Below are positions 56,448 through 60,796 of a stretch of DNA of 60,796 bases, piece by piece. How positions within the stretch are numbered: the stretch's first letter is position 1; every line of letters starts with the position of its first letter. Source of the DNA: an uncultured Bacteroidaceae bacterium (GTDB lineage Bacteria > Bacteroidota > Bacteroidia > Bacteroidales > Bacteroidaceae); the NCBI GenBank assembly GCA_904502185.1, contig CAJGDX010000001.1:1-60796 (forward strand), in the 5' to 3' direction. A program made the translations under genes and the position numbers. The notes under the pieces are model-generated. The model saw only the letters and a list, made by a program, of their open reading frames with translations. It searched no databases and had not been told where the DNA came from.

Positions 56448-58535
56448 ATGAAACGACTACTCACATTGGCAATGGCTGTATTGTTGACAGTCATGGTTAC
56501 ATTTGCCGACAACGGCAAGAGAAAAGTGGCATGTATCGGCAACAGCGTAACATACGGATACGGACACCGTTCACCCGAAAAGAGTTCCTACCCGTCACAG
56601 CTTGCAACCATGTTGGGCGAGAGATACGAAGTTGGCAACTTCGGTAAATCGGGAGCCACATTGCTCCGTAAAGGCCATCGTCCCTACAACAAGCAGCAGG
56701 AATACACGGCTGCACTGGCTTTCGCTCCCGATATTGCAGTAATACATCTGGGGCTTAACGACACAGACCCGCGCAACTGGCCCGACCACCGCGACGAGTT
56801 TATCCCCGACTACCTTGCACTGATAGACACACTGCGTGCCATCAACCCCAAAGTAGAGATTTTCGTGTGTCGCATGACCCCCATTTTCAACCGCCATCCA
56901 CGCTTCAAGTCGGGCACACGCGACTGGCACGCACAGATACAGAACACCATTGAGGAGATAGCACAGATAGCAGATGCAGCACTCATCGACCTTTACACCC
57001 CACTCTACAACCGCCCCGACCTTTTTGCCGACGCACTACACCCCAACGAAGAGGGAGCAGGCATAATAGCAAAGAGCGTTTACAGCGCTATCACCGGCGA
57101 CTATGGAGGTCTGTCGTTGCCTGCCATCTATGGCGACAATATGGTTATACAACGCAACAAACCCTTTACGCTGAAGGGTACTGCCAATGCCGGCGACAAG
57201 GTTACAGCCCGTCTGGGAAAAGAGAAAAAAACCGCAAAGGTTAACGGCAACGGTAAATGGCAAATGGAATTCGAACCACTGAGCAGTGGCGAAGGGTTGA
57301 AGTTAGAGGTAAAATGCAAAGATAAAGAGATAACTTTCAGCAACATCGCGGTTGGCGAGGTTTGGCTCTGTTCGGGACAGTCGAACATGGCATTCATGCT
57401 GAAAGAGGGAACTTTTGCAAAAAAACACATAGCATCGTCAAAGGGACGCGGAATACGCATCTACGACATGAAACCCCGCGTAATAACAAACCCCGTAGCA
57501 TGGGACTCGGCAGCACTTGAAGGGCTTAACCGCCACGACTACTACATACCCACAGAGTGGAAAGAGCTGTCACCCGAAAATGCGGCCGACTTTTCAGCTG
57601 TAGCCTATCACTTCGGAGCAATGCTCGCCGACACACTGCAAGTACCCATCGGACTTATATGCAACGCTGTAGGAGGTGCAACTGCCGAGTCATTCATAGA
57701 CAGACGAACACTCGAATACCACCCTTACCTTGTGGATATTCTCTACAACTGGCGTTCGAACGACTTTGTACAGCCCTGGGTAAGGCAACGCTCTTCGCAG
57801 AATGTTGCCAACAGCAAAAACCCGCTGCAGCGCCACCCCTACGAACCCTGTTACCTGTTCGAAACAGGAATTGCGCCTATTTCGGGCTATCCGTTGCGAG
57901 GTGCAATATGGTACCAGGGAGAATCCAATGCCCACAACATCGAAGCCTACGAAGCACTCTTCAACGCAATGCTGAGCAGCTGGCGAAACGCATGGCAGGA
58001 CGAAAAGATGCCATTCTACTTTGTGCAGCTGTCGAGCCTTAACCGCCCATCGTGGACATACTTCCGCGATGCACAGCGCCGCCTTGCCCTCGCTGCCGAA
58101 AATTGCGCAATGGCTGTATCCTCCGACCACGGCGACCCGTACGATGTACACCCCAAAGAGAAACAGCCAATAGGAGAGCGTCTTGCACGCCAGGCGCTGA
58201 ACAACACATACGGCTACAAGAGTGTCACCCCCGAAGGACCCACCATAAAAGAGGCCGAATGTGACAAACATGGTACCGTCTGTCTTAAGTTCGACAATGC
58301 ACAGGGGCTGACCACCGGCGATGGCAAAGAGCCACGCACATTTGAACTTGCTGCAGAGACAGGACTATTCTACCCTGCCACGGCAGCCATCAGGGGCAAC
58401 TGCATTTATCTGAAGTGCAAGGAGGTAAAGAATCCGTCGCGCGTACGCTACGGCTGGCAGCCCTACACCACAGCCAACCTTATAAACAGCGACTCGCTGC
58501 CTGCAAGTACATTCCAGGAAAATATCAACAAATAA
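56448..58535 (+). CDS. Two-domain carbohydrate esterase: SGNH/GDSL hydrolase plus sialate O-acetylesterase (SASA/DUF303) domain (NanS/EstA-like)
   Basis: 695 aa with a signal peptide. SGNH block I is VACIGNSVTYGYG. The second domain has GEVWLCSGQSNM and GAIWYQGESN. Confidence 0.8.
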   Translation: MKRLLTLAMAVLLTVMVTFADNGKRKVACIGNSVTYGYGHRSPEKSSYPSQLATMLGERYEVGNFGKSGATLLRKGHRPYNKQQEYTAALAFAPDIAVIHLGLNDTDPRNWPDHRDEFIPDYLALIDTLRAINPKVEIFVCRMTPIFNRHPRFKSGTRDWHAQIQNTIEEIAQIADAALIDLYTPLYNRPDLFADALHPNEEGAGIIAKSVYSAITGDYGGLSLPAIYGDNMVIQRNKPFTLKGTANAGDKVTARLGKEKKTAKVNGNGKWQMEFEPLSSGEGLKLEVKCKDKEITFSNIAVGEVWLCSGQSNMAFMLKEGTFAKKHIASSKGRGIRIYDMKPRVITNPVAWDSAALEGLNRHDYYIPTEWKELSPENAADFSAVAYHFGAMLADTLQVPIGLICNAVGGATAESFIDRRTLEYHPYLVDILYNWRSNDFVQPWVRQRSSQNVANSKNPLQRHPYEPCYLFETGIAPISGYPLRGAIWYQGESNAHNIEAYEALFNAMLSSWRNAWQDEKMPFYFVQLSSLNRPSWTYFRDAQRRLALAAENCAMAVSSDHGDPYDVHPKEKQPIGERLARQALNNTYGYKSVTPEGPTIKEAECDKHGTVCLKFDNAQGLTTGDGKEPRTFELAAETGLFYPATAAIRGNCIYLKCKEVKNPSRVRYGWQPYTTANLINSDSLPASTFQENINK

Positions 58536-58545
58536 AACATATACC

Positions 58546-60228
58546 ATGAAAAGGAACAGACTAAGCACACTGCTGTCATTGCTGCTCATCGGCGTATCGG
58601 CGATGGCACAGGTGACAGTATCGTGGGGAACAATCAACAAACGATACCCCGTTGAGGTAACAGCAGAAATCAAGCCGGTAAAGAACCCCTCACTCACAGC
58701 CTGGAAAGGCGAAAGAGTAAACATGCAGCTGGTTGTTGCCAACACCGGAGCCGAACAGGAAATTTCAATAAACTTCGATGACCTTACCGACGGCAAAGGC
58801 AACATTATTCCTGCCGCAAACATCAGAGGAGGTATTGTTGAACCTGTCATAGCAGACACCTTCACCGGTTGCAGCCGACACGAGATAGATGCACACGGAA
58901 ACTATCCGACAGCAGACCGCATAACAATGACAGAAACTGCAAAAATTGCAGAAAAGGCTATGCGAGGATTGTGGATGACCCTTCAGGTGCCACGCGATGT
59001 AAAAGCCGGCACATACAACGGCAAAGTAACAGTAACGGCAGGCGAGAAGAAGAGCGTGCGCGAATATAAAGTAAAGGTTCTCGAATCGGCGCTTCCCGAA
59101 CCCAAAGAGTGGAATTTCCATCTCGACCTGTGGCAGAACCCCTATGCCGTAGCCCGTTACCACAATGTAACCCCATGGTCAGAGGAGCATTTTGCTGTTC
59201 TGCGCCCATATATGGAGAAGCTTGCAGCAGGCGGACAGAAAGCCATCACCGCGACACTCATCGACAAGCCCTGGAACGGTCAGACACTCGACCCCTTCGG
59301 CAGCATGGTAACATGGATAAAGCTGGCAGATGGCCGCTGGATATACGACTTTACAATCTTCGACCGTTGGGTTGAGTTTATGTACGACTGCGGAATCAGC
59401 GAAGAGATTACCTGCTTCTCGATGATACCCTGGCGCTTGTCGTTCCGCTACTATGATCAGGCGACGGACAGCCACAAAGAGATAAAATGCGCACCCGGAC
59501 AGAAAGAATACACCGAACACTGGGGTGGTATGCTGAAAGCCTTCCGCGCACACCTTGTGGAAAAAGGATGGCTCGACAAGACATTTATCTCAATGGACGA
59601 GCGCAGCATGAAACAGATGCAGGCTGCCATAAAGGTAATTCACGACTACGCCCCCGGCCTGAAAATATCACTTGCCGGAAACTATCACCCCGAAATTGAG
59701 AAAGACCTTTGGGACTACAGCGTAAACAACCATGGCGACGAAGGATTCCCCGAGGGAGTGGTTGAACGCCGCCGCAGCGAAGGCAAAAAATCGACCTACT
59801 ACACATGCTGCTCGGCACAATACCCCAACGTGTTTACATTCACCGACCCCGCCGACTGCGAATATATTGCCCTTCACAGCCTTAAGATAGACGTTGACGG
59901 CTATCTGCGCTGGGCTTACAACAGTTGGACAGCAGATCCCGAAAAGGACAGCCGCTTCATATCCTGGCCTGCCGGCGACACATATATCATCTACCCCGGA
60001 AACACAAGCTCGATACGCTGGGAGAGATTGGTAGAGGGAATAGAGTCGTTCGAAAAGTGGCACATCATGATGAACGACGCAAAGAGCCGCAACGACAGGA
60101 GCATGCAGAAGAAGTTGAACAAACTGCTTGAAATTCTGGATATTAACAAGATTGCCGACGAAAGCGAAAGAATGACAGAGGAGTTCCGCAACGGACTCAA
60201 CAAGCTGTCAGCTTCAAAGAAATACTAA
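58546..60228 (+). CDS. DUF4091 / GH123-like glycoside hydrolase (beta-N-acetylgalactosaminidase-like)
   Basis: 560 aa with a signal peptide. N-terminal beta-sandwich, TIM-like core with DLWQNPYAVARY, a candidate catalytic pair in FISMDERS, and C-terminal YLRWAYNSW...WPAGDTYIIYPG. The family assignment is from memory. Confidence 0.55.
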   Translation: MKRNRLSTLLSLLLIGVSAMAQVTVSWGTINKRYPVEVTAEIKPVKNPSLTAWKGERVNMQLVVANTGAEQEISINFDDLTDGKGNIIPAANIRGGIVEPVIADTFTGCSRHEIDAHGNYPTADRITMTETAKIAEKAMRGLWMTLQVPRDVKAGTYNGKVTVTAGEKKSVREYKVKVLESALPEPKEWNFHLDLWQNPYAVARYHNVTPWSEEHFAVLRPYMEKLAAGGQKAITATLIDKPWNGQTLDPFGSMVTWIKLADGRWIYDFTIFDRWVEFMYDCGISEEITCFSMIPWRLSFRYYDQATDSHKEIKCAPGQKEYTEHWGGMLKAFRAHLVEKGWLDKTFISMDERSMKQMQAAIKVIHDYAPGLKISLAGNYHPEIEKDLWDYSVNNHGDEGFPEGVVERRRSEGKKSTYYTCCSAQYPNVFTFTDPADCEYIALHSLKIDVDGYLRWAYNSWTADPEKDSRFISWPAGDTYIIYPGNTSSIRWERLVEGIESFEKWHIMMNDAKSRNDRSMQKKLNKLLEILDINKIADESERMTEEFRNGLNKLSASKKY

Positions 60229-60249
60229 CCCTTAAAAACAGAAACAATT

Positions 60250-60525
60250 ATGATCAGATTAAATGTATTTATCACTGTTAGCAGCGAGAACCGCGCTGCA
60301 TATCTTGAAATTGCAAAAGAGCTTGTAGCCGCATCGCAGAAGGATGCAGGATGCATCGCATATGACATATTCGAAAGCAGCACTCGCCCCGAAGTGTTGA
60401 TGTTCTGCGAAACATGGACCGACCAGGCAGCACTTGCAGCCCACGAAGCTGCACCCCACTTCACAAGCCTTGTACCAAAATTGTCAGAGCTGGGACAGAT
60501 GAAAATCGAACGCTTCGAGTTCTAA
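60250..60525 (+). CDS. Antibiotic-biosynthesis-monooxygenase (ABM) domain protein (YgiN-like)
   Basis: 91 aa. IRLNVFITV...GCIAYDIFES...LMFCETWTDQAALAAHEAAPHF. Confidence 0.8.
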   Translation: MIRLNVFITVSSENRAAYLEIAKELVAASQKDAGCIAYDIFESSTRPEVLMFCETWTDQAALAAHEAAPHFTSLVPKLSELGQMKIERFEF

Positions 60526-60534
60526 GCAAAGTAT

Positions 60535-60586
60535 TATAAGCCAAGAGGTTTCGTTGCACATTTGCAACGAAACCTCTTGGCTTATA
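60535..60586 (+). terminator. Very long perfect hairpin (24-bp stem, 4-nt loop) after the ABM gene
   Basis: TATAAGCCAAGAGGTTTCGTTGCA-catt-TGCAACGAAACCTCTTGGCTTATA. There is no T-tract afterwards. Confidence 0.5.
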
Positions 60587-60717
60587 AAGAAACATAATAT
60601 AAAGTAAGTTCTATATAAGATCCTTCTTTTATTTATTGATGGAGGAAGTAAAACCTTCAAGGTTTATTTTACCCTTAATCTTTGGTTGCAATCATTTAAG
60701 GTAATAATATCTATTCT

Positions 60718-60740
60718 CTTCTTTTGCCGGGCAAAAGAAG
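60718..60740. terminator. Hairpin CTTCTTTTGC-cgg-GCAAAAGAAG near the right edge (possibly the terminator of a gene beyond the window)
   Basis: 10-bp stem with a 3-nt loop, read directly from the sequence. Confidence 0.35.
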
Positions 60741-60796
60741 CAAAAGCCCCGGCACACGGGACGCATCAGGCGGCTCTGCCTTTGTTCAGAAGTTGC

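Noticed and set aside
1-60796. Looked for CRISPR arrays, tRNA/rRNA/tmRNA, transposases/IS ends, prophage genes, reverse transcriptases/DGRs, toxin-antitoxin pairs and known defence-system enzymes
   Set aside because: I saw no regularly spaced direct repeats and no cloverleaf-like GC-rich segments in the intergenic regions. No ORF has a DDE/transposase, RT, nuclease-helicase or other defence-type signature. The only repeated coding sequence is the diverged FAS1 tandem duplication.

Overview
This 60.8-kb chromosomal segment reads as Bacteroidales (Bacteroidota). The basis is SusC/SusD pairs, lipoprotein signal peptides with acidic residues after the lipid-Cys, TAnnTTTG -7 promoter boxes, almost no Shine-Dalgarno sites, and roughly 50% GC by eye. 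I count about 50 protein genes. I recognised no rRNA, tRNA, CRISPR, transposase, phage or defence genes. (A) 1-18.7 kb, minus strand: one tightly packed accessory operon. Its order is 4xFAS1 giant lipoprotein, SusC, SusD, three 2xFAS1 lipoproteins (two are tandem paralogues), a second SusC, and a second SusD that runs off the left edge. It has no CAZyme and no sensor/regulator. It has its own consensus promoter, an upstream array of TTAAC half-sites, two internal GC-rich hairpins, and codon usage that resembles highly expressed genes. This is my best candidate for an undescribed system: a surface capture/uptake machine built around fasciclin domains. (B) 19-23.6 kb: an orphan lipoprotein, rsgA, frr, a small DUF2007-like gene with a rare perfect SD, and rplS. 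(C) 23.6-32.1 kb, minus strand: a five-gene envelope operon preceded by a PspC-domain gene. It encodes a polytopic GT-C-like membrane protein, a PD40 beta-propeller lipoprotein with a CxxCH haem motif, a cytidylyltransferase::GHMP-kinase fusion, and one intact plus one degenerate transglutaminase-like secreted protein. This is the second candidate. (D) 32.3-37.5 kb, plus strand, housekeeping: methyltransferase, ftsX, uppP, truB, queA, folK. (E) 37.8-45.7 kb: a 1131-aa DUF2723/GT-C-like membrane protein with a NodB deacetylase, then queG, thioesterase, CoA-transferase and a SpoU methyltransferase. (F) 45.7-53.8 kb, minus strand: dus, hflX, a degenerate M16-like lipoprotein, dprA, a TPR lipoprotein, xerD. 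(G) 54-60.5 kb, plus strand: O-methyltransferase, rbfA, FtsX-like permease, a two-domain sialate-O-acetylesterase-like enzyme, a DUF4091/GH123-like hydrolase, and an ABM monooxygenase. All family names come from motif recognition by eye and need HMM confirmation.
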